Source: an uncultured Acidimicrobiales bacterium
GTDB taxonomy: Bacteria > Actinomycetota > Acidimicrobiia > Acidimicrobiales > SHLQ01
Reading direction: 5' to 3'
Assembly: GCA_964562985.1 (NCBI GenBank)
Contig: CAZLWE010000013.1
Span: forward strand, 255-64,254
DNA: 64,000 bases
Under the pieces are notes generated by a model, which did no database searches, had not been told where the DNA came from, and saw nothing but the letters and a program-made list of their open reading frames with translations. Positions 23,380 through 33,062 of the stretch are shown in pieces (the first letter of the stretch is position 1; every line of letters starts with the position of its first letter). The translations under genes and the position numbers were made by a program.

Positions 23380-24759
23380 GTGCGTAGTCATGTCGCGGCC
23401 GTTGTTTTTCTCGTAGTTGCGCTGCTCGGCGCTCCCCTGGCGGCCCAGGACCGGACCGACGACCCCGGATTAGCGCCGGCCATCGGGCGCTGGCGAAATG
23501 CCACCCGTGGCCTCATCACCGAGATGACGCCCGGGGATGACCAGATCACCGTCGCAGGCATCACCCGAGACCCAGATTCTGCACAACCCGTTTCCTACGA
23601 GATCTTGCTGAACGGCGAAGTTGCCGCAAGCGGCCGCACGAACGCGGCGAGCGACTTCGGCGCCAATGTAGGTTTCGAAGAAACCGTTGCGGCCACACCC
23701 GGCGTGCACCAAGTGTGTTTGCGAGTAGACGACCCAGTGCTCGGCCGTCGCACGGTGCAGTGCAAGGATGCGATCACGAATCCTCCGGTTCGAGTCGATC
23801 CTGACCTCGCCGCGGCAGCCACCGGTGTCGCAATCTCCGAAACCGGCGTCGTACTACCGATCACGGGTGGACAGAGCGGCAACCTGCAGGTGACCACCCC
23901 GTGCGGAGCTACGGCACGTATTGATGAGGCGAGCATCGTTGAACGGGCCCGGATCGTGATCGATCCCGGCCACGGCGGATCCGAGTCGGGAGCGGTCGGT
24001 GCTGGCCTGCTCGAAAAGAACGTGAACCTCGTGGTCTCCAACGTCGTGGTCGACAAGTTCGCGGACCTCGGGATCCACGTACAACTAACTCGCACGGCTG
24101 ATTATCGAGTTCCGCTCGGCACCCGAGCTGAAATGGCCAATTCGCTCGCCCCCGACATCTTCCTGTCTCTTCATCACAACGGCGGCGCGGTTCGACGTTC
24201 GAGCGATCCGGGCACAGAGATCTTCTACGGGCAGGCACGACCTGAGTCGCAGCGGTTGGCAAGGATCCTCTATGAGGAAATGAACGCGGCCGCCTCACAG
24301 TTCGAGGCTGACTGGGTCGACACCGTCAATCAGGGCGCCTCGACGCGTTTGCGTGATGACGGCCAAGATCTTTTCGGCATTCACCGATTCACTCCCGACA
24401 TTGATTCGGTAATCACCGAGTTCCTGTACCTGTCGAACCCATCGGAAGCTGCGCTCATGCGCAACCCGGTCGTGATCGACGCTCAGGCCCAGTCGATCGT
24501 CGACGGCATCTTGCGCTGGTGGTTCGACCAGGCTGACGACCCCGCCACTCCGGGACGACGCTTTACGGATCCATCCAGCTCGGGAACCGGCGGATTCGAC
24601 AACTGCGTCGACCCCCCACTGAATGGCACCAGCACTTCCCTGCAGGCGACCAGCGCCGATGTCCAAACCGCTGCCGCCTTAGGCATCCCCGACGAGGGAC
24701 CGGCCATTTCGCTACTACCAGCGCTCATCTTGCGCAACGATCCCTCGATCGAGGGCTAG
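23380..24759 (+). CDS. N-acetylmuramoyl-L-alanine amidase (Amidase_3) with signal peptide
   Basis: Signal peptide VVFLVVALLGAPLAAQ. IVIDPGHGGSESGAVG ... FLSLHHNG amidase_3 motifs. Confidence 0.8.
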   Translation: MRSHVAAVVFLVVALLGAPLAAQDRTDDPGLAPAIGRWRNATRGLITEMTPGDDQITVAGITRDPDSAQPVSYEILLNGEVAASGRTNAASDFGANVGFEETVAATPGVHQVCLRVDDPVLGRRTVQCKDAITNPPVRVDPDLAAAATGVAISETGVVLPITGGQSGNLQVTTPCGATARIDEASIVERARIVIDPGHGGSESGAVGAGLLEKNVNLVVSNVVVDKFADLGIHVQLTRTADYRVPLGTRAEMANSLAPDIFLSLHHNGGAVRRSSDPGTEIFYGQARPESQRLARILYEEMNAAASQFEADWVDTVNQGASTRLRDDGQDLFGIHRFTPDIDSVITEFLYLSNPSEAALMRNPVVIDAQAQSIVDGILRWWFDQADDPATPGRRFTDPSSSGTGGFDNCVDPPLNGTSTSLQATSADVQTAAALGIPDEGPAISLLPALILRNDPSIEG

Positions 24760-25772
24760 TCCGACTTCTTCGCCCGACTCGGGGACACCCGTGGAGGCTC
24801 GTAGGGCTGTTTGGGATAGACCGGCGGCCACGGCGCATCGCCGATGGTTTCAAGACCGTCGCGGAACTCCTCCACGAGCGCCGTGATGTCTTGGGGCTGG
24901 TCGTACATTGTTTCCCAGGCATCGCCGTGCTCGGCCACAAAGGCCGGAACGGTGGAGACCGTGAGGTGATCATTGGTGATATCAGCGAGTTGCTCCCACG
25001 AGATCGGTACCGATACTTGGGCGCCCACTCGAGCTCGAACCGACCACGCACCAAAGACCGTCTTGTGGGGGGCGTTCTGGTTGAAGTCGACAAAGACCCG
25101 CTTTCCGCGTTCCTCCTTCCACCAGGCGTCGGTCAAGCTGTCAGGAAACTCCCTGGCGAGCGACCGTGCGACCGTCACCGCCGCGCCGCGAACATCGAAG
25201 CTTGTCCATTGCGGACCAGTGGAAGACCCATCGAGCGGCACGTATACGTGGAGCCCCTTGCTGCCGCTGGTCTTGACGTAGCTCGTGACCCCCCGTGACT
25301 CGAACCAGTCACGAACCACAAGAGCGGCCGAGCGAACGTCGTCGAAGGTGATACCAGGCACCGGATCAAGGTCGATGCGCAATTCGTCGACGTGTTCGCC
25401 CGGTACACGGAAGGGCCACAGGTGTAAAACGAACGCACCCTGGTTGACCGCCCACAAGACATGCGCGAGGTCTGCGAGAACCAGCGCCCGAGATGGCGTG
25501 CCGTTAACGGTTTGGACCGTGCTGGTCTGCAACCACTCGGGTGCACTGTCAGGGATGCGTTTCTGAAAGAACGACTTGCCCCCAACCCCGTTCGGAAATC
25601 GTTGCAGCAATACGGGCCGGTTGCCCGCGCAGCGCAAGAGCGGCGCCGAGACCGCCTCGAAGTAGGCGAGCAGATCGCCCTTGGTCAGCCCAACCTTGGG
25701 GAAATATGGCTTGTCGAGACTGGTGAGGGTCAGCTCCCGCCCTGCAAATTCACGCACCTCACTACCTGCCAT
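24756..25772 (-). CDS. stand-alone NHEJ polymerase/primase (LigD polymerase-domain protein)
   Basis: 338 aa. LTSLDKPYFP...TKGDLLAYF...LQRFPNGVGGKSFFQK resembles the LigD PolDom. Confidence 0.8.
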   Translation of the reverse strand: MAGSEVREFAGRELTLTSLDKPYFPKVGLTKGDLLAYFEAVSAPLLRCAGNRPVLLQRFPNGVGGKSFFQKRIPDSAPEWLQTSTVQTVNGTPSRALVLADLAHVLWAVNQGAFVLHLWPFRVPGEHVDELRIDLDPVPGITFDDVRSAALVVRDWFESRGVTSYVKTSGSKGLHVYVPLDGSSTGPQWTSFDVRGAAVTVARSLAREFPDSLTDAWWKEERGKRVFVDFNQNAPHKTVFGAWSVRARVGAQVSVPISWEQLADITNDHLTVSTVPAFVAEHGDAWETMYDQPQDITALVEEFRDGLETIGDAPWPPVYPKQPYEPPRVSPSRAKKSD

Positions 25773-25833
25773 GACCCCGAGTGTAGGTTGGCGGTGGCAA
25801 AGGGTACGAGAGCCACTACGCTCAGGACCCGTA

Positions 25834-25910
25834 CGGGCTGTGGCGCAGCTTGGTTAGCGCGCCGGTCTGGGGGACCGGAGGCCGGGAGTTCAAATCTCCC
25901 CAGCCCGACC
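25834..25910 (+). tRNA. tRNA-Pro (anticodon GGG), CCA encoded
   Basis: Hand-folded cloverleaf: acceptor CGGGCTG/CAGCCCG, D stem GCGC/GCGC, anticodon stem CCGGT/ACCGG with loop CTGGGGG, T stem GGGAG/CTCCC with TTCAAAT loop. Confidence 0.9.
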
Positions 25911-25916
25911 ATTTTG

Positions 25917-26141
25917 TTACAACAGCCAGGCGACGAAGTCGACGAAGCGCCAGATGAGATAGCCGGCTAGGGCGACTACGACGAGCCAGAAATGCCACGG
26001 GGCGCTCTGGCCGACGGTGGCGGCCTCTTCGGGGGTGTTGTGTTCTTCATCGATCGTCATGACTTCACCACACGTGGGGCATTGCCCATCGGCTGCATCG
26101 GGCGGGGAGTGAAAAGTCGAGCAGGGGTCGCACCAGGGCAT
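25917..26141 (-). CDS. small zinc-ribbon membrane protein (74 aa)
   Basis: CDPC ... CPTC pairs followed by one C-terminal TM helix. It lies directly downstream of the PP2C gene. Confidence 0.5.
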   Translation of the reverse strand: MPWCDPCSTFHSPPDAADGQCPTCGEVMTIDEEHNTPEEAATVGQSAPWHFWLVVVALAGYLIWRFVDFVAWLL

Positions 26142-26159
26142 CGAAGGGAACTGCGCCGA

Positions 26160-27254
26160 TTAGCTTCGTCGGACCACGAGGATTGCGACATCGTCGTCGA
26201 TCATGCCGTTTGCATAGTCGCGGGCTTCTTCGAGGAGCGCTTTGGCGAGCACTTCTGGTGGAGCGCCCGGGTCTCGGCGAATCGCCATCGCGATTCGTTC
26301 CTCGCCGAACAGTTCGTCGCCGCTGCGGGCCTCAGCGAGGCCATCGGTGTAGAGCGCCACAAAGTCGTCGGTTTCGAGCGGGATCTCTTTACTGAAGTAG
26401 TTCGCGCCAGGGTCGAGCATGAGGAGCGGTCCAGTGGCTCGCAGCGGCGCGACCTCACGGCCATGCCAGAGCCAGCCAGCCGGATGGCCGGCGGATGCGT
26501 AACGGATGGTGCCAGCTTCGGTATCGAACACGACGACGATCATCGAGATGAACTCTTCGCCGCGGTCCATCTCGCCCATCTGCTGATTCAGTTCTTCGAG
26601 CGCTTGTGCGGGGTCTCGGAACTGACGCAGGAACACTCGTAGCAAGTACTTGGCCTGGAACGCGGTGATCGAAGACTCGATACCGTGCCCGGCCACGTCG
26701 CCAATTACCGCGGCGAGACGGTTGTGCCCAACGCGGTAGACGTCGAAGAAGTCTCCAGCCATCAGGCCCGAACCTGCTTCGTAGTATTGGCCAACTTCGA
26801 AACCGTTGATCTCGGGCAGCGAGTCGGGAGCGAGGCGAGCGGCCCAGGCCTTCGGGGCGAAGTCGTCTTGTTCGAGGGCCTCTTCAGCCTTCTTCTCAAG
26901 GAAGAACCGCTGGCGAGAGATGCGAGCGTCTCGAACTGCGCTGCGGGCCCAGTTGACGGAGATGACAGCGGGAATGATGACCGCGACCGCAAAGGCCACA
27001 GGGGCCCGAGGGTCGTTGCTGATGGCATTGAAGAAGGCTGCCGCGGCGAGAGCGGCGAAGAGCGCCGTTGAGTGGACCTCTTTGTTGAACTCCGAGCGGG
27101 CCAGACGGAACGCGGAGTCTTCCTCGCCCTCGACGGCCTCCTGCTCGATGTTGTTCAGAAAGCGTCGGCGATAGCGCGCCGAACGGGCCCAGCCGATTGC
27201 GGCAACCGTGCAAATAATGCCCAGAGCTATGAGTAGCCACTGCTCCATAGCCAA
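26160..27254 (-). CDS. membrane-anchored PP2C/SpoIIE-family serine phosphatase
   Basis: 364 aa: N-terminal TM helices, then GDFFDV ... IGDVAGHG ... YTDGL motifs. Confidence 0.8.
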   Translation of the reverse strand: MAMEQWLLIALGIICTVAAIGWARSARYRRRFLNNIEQEAVEGEEDSAFRLARSEFNKEVHSTALFAALAAAAFFNAISNDPRAPVAFAVAVIIPAVISVNWARSAVRDARISRQRFFLEKKAEEALEQDDFAPKAWAARLAPDSLPEINGFEVGQYYEAGSGLMAGDFFDVYRVGHNRLAAVIGDVAGHGIESSITAFQAKYLLRVFLRQFRDPAQALEELNQQMGEMDRGEEFISMIVVVFDTEAGTIRYASAGHPAGWLWHGREVAPLRATGPLLMLDPGANYFSKEIPLETDDFVALYTDGLAEARSGDELFGEERIAMAIRRDPGAPPEVLAKALLEEARDYANGMIDDDVAILVVRRS

Positions 27255-27275
27255 AAGCGTACTCTACGGTTCGAG

Positions 27276-28577
27276 CTACCTGCGCCGAACGCGCAATTTC
27301 ACCGGAGTGTTACCTAATTGGAATGATTCGCGCAGACTGCGTTCGAGGTACCGCAAATAGGTTCTCGGCAGCTCTTTGTTGGTGAAAAGCGTGAAGGTTG
27401 GCGGGTCGGTGGCTCCCTGGGTCGCATAGAGCACTCGGCCCCCTTCAGGGGCCGGTTGGGCGATCTGGGCCGCCCGAATGACCTGATTGACCTTGCGTGT
27501 CGGGATACGGGTCGCATATGCGGCGAGGGAGGCTTCCAGTGCGGGCCAGAGCTTCTGGACGCTCTTGCCGGTGAGCGCGCTCACGCGCAGCTTTGGTGAT
27601 TCGCCGAGAAAGTGCAGTTTGCGCTCGACCGAGCGCATCGCGTCTTCGCGGCCTTCGGCGTCGAGGAGATCCCACTTGTTGAGCATCACGACGATCGGGC
27701 AACCTGCGGCGTCAACGCGTTCCGCGAGGCGTTGGTCTTGGGCGGTAACGCCAAGGGTGGCGTCGATGACGAGCAGCGCAACGTCGGACTTGTCGACCGC
27801 ACGCAGAGCACGGACCAGCGAGTAGTACTCGGTCTCTTCGTCGACCTTCGCCTTGCGGCGCATACCTGCCGTGTCGATAAAGCGGAGCGGGCCATTCTCC
27901 GTTTCGATGACGGTGTCGATCGCATCGCGAGTAGTGCCAGCCATGTCGTGGACGACAGCGCGGTCTTCACCGATCAGGCGGTTGAACAGGGTCGATTTGC
28001 CGACGTTTGGCCGCCCGACGATCGAGATACCGAAGATTCGCTCTTCCTCTTCCTCGTCCTCGTCGACTTCGGGAATGGGCAGGATCGAGACGATTTCATC
28101 GAGCAGGTCGCCGGCTCCAACCCCGTGGAGGGCGCTGACAGGCCAGGGGTCTCCTAGTCCGAGGCCCATGAGGTCCCAGATGAGGTGTTCCTGTTTCTCG
28201 GAGTCGACCTTGTTCGCGACCAGGTAGGTGGGGCGATCGATGCGGCGCACCATGTCTGCGACCAATTGGTCATCCGCGGTCGTTCCTACGGCAGCGTCGG
28301 CCACCATGATGACCACGTCGGCCTCGGCCATGGCCCGTTCGCTTTGTTTGGAGACTTTGGCATCGAGTTCATCACCGTCTTCATCGGCCATCCAGCCACC
28401 GGTGTCGATCAGCGTGAATTCAATCCCCTGCCATTCCGCGACGACCTCCTTGCGGTCTCGGGTGACACCTGGGCGTTCCTCCACGATGGCTTCCTGACGT
28501 CCAAGAATCCGATTGACGAGCGTGGACTTCCCCACGTTGGGGCGCCCGACAATAGCGACGGTTGGGAGTTCGCTCAT
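27276..28577 (-). CDS. der: ribosome biogenesis GTPase Der (EngA)
   Basis: Two tandem GTPase domains (GRPNVGKST twice) plus a KH-like C-terminus. Confidence 0.95.
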   Translation of the reverse strand: MSELPTVAIVGRPNVGKSTLVNRILGRQEAIVEERPGVTRDRKEVVAEWQGIEFTLIDTGGWMADEDGDELDAKVSKQSERAMAEADVVIMVADAAVGTTADDQLVADMVRRIDRPTYLVANKVDSEKQEHLIWDLMGLGLGDPWPVSALHGVGAGDLLDEIVSILPIPEVDEDEEEEERIFGISIVGRPNVGKSTLFNRLIGEDRAVVHDMAGTTRDAIDTVIETENGPLRFIDTAGMRRKAKVDEETEYYSLVRALRAVDKSDVALLVIDATLGVTAQDQRLAERVDAAGCPIVVMLNKWDLLDAEGREDAMRSVERKLHFLGESPKLRVSALTGKSVQKLWPALEASLAAYATRIPTRKVNQVIRAAQIAQPAPEGGRVLYATQGATDPPTFTLFTNKELPRTYLRYLERSLRESFQLGNTPVKLRVRRR

Positions 28578-29983
28578 GAGCTTGCCCCCGCGGAGGAGGC
28601 GGCATCGAGGGCTTGGCGAAGCGCGATGCCGTCGGTTTCGATGATCTCGACGTGCCGAGGAAGATCGTCGGGGGTCAGGCCGTCGAGGAACATGCCTCGA
28701 TTCAAACAGACATCGGGCAACAGGTAGCGGTGCCCGACCGGTTCGTTGGCCAGAACACGTTGAAGGTCCTCGCCTACCAATAGCCCCGCTACTCCAACCG
28801 TGCCACCGAAGAACAGGTTGTCGACGGTGATGATGCGAATGTCGTCACGGGGGTGTTCGGCGATCAACGGGGCCAGAACCTCGGCGCCGAAGCTGCCGGT
28901 GAGGATGCCGACGGGCGCCGTCTTGCGTGGACGGAGGAGCACTTGGGTGCCGCCAGCCGGTGACGTGGTGCGGGGCGCCCGGTAGCCCTCGGCTGGTGCG
29001 GCGTCGACCCAGGAAAAGAAGCCGGCTTCGGTTCCGATGCCTTCATCAACCTCGCCGCTAAATTCGGCCTCAAAAACCGCGGCCATGCCAATGCCGTCTT
29101 CGTACATGGGCGTGTCGCCGTAGCTCTCCCGTGGGGGAAACGGGCGGTCGGCCATGAGGTAATACTCGTCGGCCGCGTGCACCAGCGGACGGCCGAGTAA
29201 TGCCTGGAACACGTCCTGCCAGCGCTCCACCGTGTCGACCACCGATTGGGCCTCTTGGAGGGTGTGGGCCCGCATCCGGTCTTCGGTCGAGTACTTCGAC
29301 ACCCCGAGGGGTACCACGGCCACCGTTTCGAGCTCCCGATAGCGATCGGCGATGTCGCAAAGGGTTTGATCGAGCACGTCGCCGTCGTTGATTCCGGGGC
29401 AGACCACCACTTGACCGTGGACTTCGATGCCCGCCGCGAGGAGTTCCGAGAGCCAACGCAATGACGACGCTCCCCTGCGGTTACGCAGCATCTCCTGACG
29501 GATACCGGCGTCGGTTGCGTGAATGCTCACGTTGATTGGCGAAAGCTTTTCGGTGATCACCCGTTCGAGGTCGGCCTCGGTGAAGCGAGTGAGCGTCGTG
29601 TAGTTGCCGTACAGAAACGACAGGCGATAGTCGTCGTCTTTGAGGTAGAGGCTCTTTCGCAGGTTCGGCGGCAGCTGGTAAATAAAACAGAACTCGCAGT
29701 GGTTATCGCAGGTTTGCACTTCGTCGAATAGGGCCGAGTGCACTTCGATGCCTAGCGGTTCGTCCGGGTTCTTCGCAATATCGATGTCGAGCGCCAGCCC
29801 GTTGCGGGTCACGACGAGGTCGATGTCGTTGGCATCAACAAGGGTCCGGTATTCGAGGATGTCGCGTGGTTGGACCCCTTCGATCGTGATGATCTCATCG
29901 CCGACCAATAAACCCGCACGCGCGGCAGGAGAGCCGGGTTCAACCGTCACGATTCTTGGGTAGGCGAGCTCCTGCACAGACAC
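28574..29983 (-). CDS. PDZ + radical-SAM-like DUF512 protein
   Basis: 469 aa: N-terminal PDZ-like segment, CDNHCEFCF cysteine motif, DUF512-type C-terminus. It overlaps der by 4 nt. Confidence 0.7.
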   Translation of the reverse strand: MSVQELAYPRIVTVEPGSPAARAGLLVGDEIITIEGVQPRDILEYRTLVDANDIDLVVTRNGLALDIDIAKNPDEPLGIEVHSALFDEVQTCDNHCEFCFIYQLPPNLRKSLYLKDDDYRLSFLYGNYTTLTRFTEADLERVITEKLSPINVSIHATDAGIRQEMLRNRRGASSLRWLSELLAAGIEVHGQVVVCPGINDGDVLDQTLCDIADRYRELETVAVVPLGVSKYSTEDRMRAHTLQEAQSVVDTVERWQDVFQALLGRPLVHAADEYYLMADRPFPPRESYGDTPMYEDGIGMAAVFEAEFSGEVDEGIGTEAGFFSWVDAAPAEGYRAPRTTSPAGGTQVLLRPRKTAPVGILTGSFGAEVLAPLIAEHPRDDIRIITVDNLFFGGTVGVAGLLVGEDLQRVLANEPVGHRYLLPDVCLNRGMFLDGLTPDDLPRHVEIIETDGIALRQALDAASSAGASS

Positions 29984-30064
29984 CTCGTTAAGGCTAGGCC
30001 TGATTGTTCAGCGTCCCTTTGGCTACGCCTCGCCTGTCCCTACAACTGCAATACACTTGCCCCC

Positions 30065-31096
30065 ATGACCGTCGACAAGGTTCTGCTCGCCGCACCCCGA
30101 GGGTTCTGTGCCGGTGTGGAGATGGCAATCAAAGCGCTCGCTGCCATGGTGCGAGCGTTCCCACCACCCGTGTACTGCTACCACGAGATCGTGCACAACC
30201 GGCTGGTGGTACAGCGCTTCGAAGACATGGGCGTGATCTTCGTCGACGACATCGACGAGGTGCCAGAAGGCAAGCCGATCATGTTGTCCGCCCACGGTTC
30301 GGCCCCCGAGGTCGTTCGAGCTGCTACCGACAACGGCGGTTACATCGTCGATGCTGTGTGCCCGCTCGTCACCAAGGTGCACCACGAGGTGAAGGTCCGG
30401 GCCGGCAAGGGATACCAGATCGTCTACGTCGGCCACGAGGGCCACGAGGAAGCGGTGGGCACTATGGCGGTTGCCCCCGACGCCATCCATCGGGTTGAGT
30501 CGGTCGAAGAGGTCGATGCACTGCCCAACATCGAAGGCCCCACAGCGCTGCTCGCCCAAACCACCTTGAGCCACCGCGACTGGTCGGCTGTACAAGAGGC
30601 CGCTAAGGACCGGTGGCCGGACATGTGGACGCCCGGGCGCAGCGATCTGTGCTTCGCTACCACCAACCGTCAGGGTGCGCTCGAGAAAATTGCGCCCAAC
30701 TGCGATGCGGTTGTGGTGATCGGTTCCGCGAACTCTTCGAACACCATGGCACTTGCACGCCTGGCATCGGAATTTGGCTGCGAGACGGTCTACCGGGTGA
30801 ACACCGCCGATGAGTTGCCCCACGATCTCTCCGGCGTGGTCGGAGTCACGGCGGGCGCATCGGCAAGCGAGGAGCTCGTCGAGTCGGTAATCAACCGCTT
30901 GAACCCATCGAGTGGCGTCTCCGAGGTGAAGATCACCGAGGAGGACGAGTACTTCCCTCCCCCACGCAACCTCCGAGAACTTCTCAGTGCAATCGATGCC
31001 GCAGCGGCGGTGAGCCTCGGGGCCCAGCGTTCAGCTGCCCCGCCATCAGAGGACCGCCAGCTGGGCGCTAGTGAAGTGTTGCGCCTGTTGGGTTAG
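30065..31096 (+). CDS. ispH: 4-hydroxy-3-methylbut-2-enyl diphosphate reductase
   Basis: LLAAPRGFCAGVEMAI ... and overall IspH layout. 343 aa. Confidence 0.95.
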   Translation: MTVDKVLLAAPRGFCAGVEMAIKALAAMVRAFPPPVYCYHEIVHNRLVVQRFEDMGVIFVDDIDEVPEGKPIMLSAHGSAPEVVRAATDNGGYIVDAVCPLVTKVHHEVKVRAGKGYQIVYVGHEGHEEAVGTMAVAPDAIHRVESVEEVDALPNIEGPTALLAQTTLSHRDWSAVQEAAKDRWPDMWTPGRSDLCFATTNRQGALEKIAPNCDAVVVIGSANSSNTMALARLASEFGCETVYRVNTADELPHDLSGVVGVTAGASASEELVESVINRLNPSSGVSEVKITEEDEYFPPPRNLRELLSAIDAAAAVSLGAQRSAAPPSEDRQLGASEVLRLLG

Positions 31097-31288
31097 GCGG
31101 GGTCGCCGTACTCCTGAGCAGCCGCCGTGCAGAATTCCTGCGGCGTACCGACAGGTCGTCAAGAATGGGAGCCGTTAGACCGAAGAACACTCAGCAAACC
31201 TAAGAAAGCGGGACACAATGGCTATTCGATCCAGACTCCTCGGCCAGGTCATGGGCAGGTAGCCAACAACACGGGTTAATCTACGGAC

Positions 31289-31663
31289 ATGTTCGCAACG
31301 TGGCGAAGTGTGGCGCTCTTGGGGCTACTGGCAACGGGATGCTCAAGCGCACCTTTGGACTTGGCGGAGTTCCCACCAGATGGGGTGCTCGATTGCACCG
31401 ACGACAGTTCGTGGGTCATCAACGGTTCGCCCGATCCGAATGCGACCGGCTTCGCTACTGACGAGGCAGCGTTCGGCGAGACACTCGCCATGCACCGTGC
31501 CGTCAACGACGACCTCCGAGGCCCAGAGATCATTCGACCTGGATTGGCCTCCTTCGTCAACAGCGAGAACCGCGAAGTAGTTGTCGTCATTGCGAGCGAG
31601 GTTTCACCGGGCAACTGGTTCACCACAAGCGAAAGCGGGTGCAGCGGTTACGACCGCTTGTGA
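31289..31663 (+). CDS. hypothetical lipoprotein
   Basis: 124 aa with lipobox LLATGC. Confidence 0.55.
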   Translation: MFATWRSVALLGLLATGCSSAPLDLAEFPPDGVLDCTDDSSWVINGSPDPNATGFATDEAAFGETLAMHRAVNDDLRGPEIIRPGLASFVNSENREVVVVIASEVSPGNWFTTSESGCSGYDRL

Positions 31664-32922
31664 CCCTTCGGCCACTGGAGTTCGTAGTCGCCGTCGATGC
31701 GTTGGCGTAGTTGTGGGCCCGTGTTCTTGTGTTTGTTGTCCGGGCCGCAGAGCATGTCGAGGTTGGCCAGGCAGGTTTCACCGTCATCGGCTTTGGGTTG
31801 ACGGTGATCGGCGTGGAGCCAGGTGTGGTGAGCGTCGCATCCGACGGTTGAACATTTCCCTCGCGCTTCTACGAGTTTGATGTAGCGCATCCAGTCCGGG
31901 AAGGCCCTCGTTTCATAAGACGCATCTAACGTCACGTTCTTTGCCCCGAGGACCTGTCTTCGCAGGTTGGCTTGCATCGCCAATACCAACGCATATTTCG
32001 GATGAATCGGGGTGCCGTCGATGAGTTCGCAGCGGCCGTCGACACTGTTGGGGTCGAGGACCGACAGGAAATCTCGATCGACAGGGTCTTTGTCGAGTTG
32101 CCCGATGGCATGCATCAGAACCTTCAACGACATGACCACATGGATCAACGGTTTGGCGGAGGTTTCGTTGCGGCCCGCGCCTCGCTGTACGAGGTTGGCG
32201 AGCGCTTGAGCTCGTCGTTGCGGAACCGTGCGAGGGAAGCCGCATTCGTTGTCTTCGTTAAACAACGCAGACTCTTCGCTCCCCAGGTTCTGTTTCAGGA
32301 TTTCGCCGGTCACCGGATCGAGGTTGAACGAGCCCGATACCCGGCCATCGGCGTGGGTGCGCAACGACATCGTGTTATCGACATCGTGGTCTTCAGGCTC
32401 CGGTCCGTCCTGGTCGTTGACTTGGAGCCATTGGGCAAACAACGTCTTGAACTCGGCCCATTCGAAGTCTCTAGCCCATTCGATAAACAGGTGCTGGTCG
32501 CGAATCATGGCGCAATGCACACGAATGTTGTCGCCAGATTGCAGCTTCAACACATGATCACGCGATACACGGCCGTCGAGCACAGCGTTTTCTAGCAGCG
32601 GCAGTTCTCGAAGGAACCGACCGATACGCAGATCGGCACGAACCGTTTCTGGTTTGGCCCGTGTATGCGCCCCCATGACTTGGGCCATGGTGCGCTGACG
32701 AGAATCGACAGGCACTCCTGCTACGTCGGCCTCAGCAATGGTGACCGCCAGCAACGCGTCGAGGCCTTGCCGGAATGTTTGCAACGTCACCGCTCGATGC
32801 CGCAACTCATCGCGACACATCGACGCAACCGGCTCACAGGCCAGGTCTTTCAGAGCGAACCCGAGCAGATCAAGGGGGTGAAGCTCATACTCTGGCGCTT
32901 CGCTGACCTCCACCCAATCCAT
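31648..32922 (-). CDS. DUF222/HNH endonuclease (13E12-repeat-like family)
   Basis: 424 aa. C-terminal HNH-type motif (CDAHHTWLHADH ... NLDMLCGPDNKHKN). The N-terminal region resembles actinobacterial DUF222 proteins. Confidence 0.8.
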   Translation of the reverse strand: MDWVEVSEAPEYELHPLDLLGFALKDLACEPVASMCRDELRHRAVTLQTFRQGLDALLAVTIAEADVAGVPVDSRQRTMAQVMGAHTRAKPETVRADLRIGRFLRELPLLENAVLDGRVSRDHVLKLQSGDNIRVHCAMIRDQHLFIEWARDFEWAEFKTLFAQWLQVNDQDGPEPEDHDVDNTMSLRTHADGRVSGSFNLDPVTGEILKQNLGSEESALFNEDNECGFPRTVPQRRAQALANLVQRGAGRNETSAKPLIHVVMSLKVLMHAIGQLDKDPVDRDFLSVLDPNSVDGRCELIDGTPIHPKYALVLAMQANLRRQVLGAKNVTLDASYETRAFPDWMRYIKLVEARGKCSTVGCDAHHTWLHADHRQPKADDGETCLANLDMLCGPDNKHKNTGPQLRQRIDGDYELQWPKGHKRS

Positions 32923-32936
32923 ACGACCATTCTATA

Positions 32937-32948
32937 GAACATATGTTC
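32937..32948. promoter_or_regulatory. LexA (SOS/Cheo-type) box GAACATATGTTC upstream of the HNH gene
   Basis: Perfect palindrome GAAC-N4-GTTC, 15 nt upstream of the ATG at 32922. It fits the Gram-positive/actinobacterial LexA operator core. Confidence 0.5.
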
Positions 32949-33062
32949 GTTTTGCAACTCGGCGAGGCACACTTTCAACGTCGTCAACACGCGGAGCAAG
33001 CGAGGCCGCGGTACCAGGATTCACAGCCCCTCACGTACAATCTCGACTATGACTCGTAGGCG

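Noticed and set aside
25773-25920. tRNA-Pro as a possible integration site for a mobile element
   Set aside because: There is no integrase, direct repeat of the tRNA 3' end, or foreign-looking gene on either side. The flanks are ordinary chromosomal genes (LigD PolDom, PP2C/der string). XerD at 52377 is the housekeeping recombinase in its conserved context.
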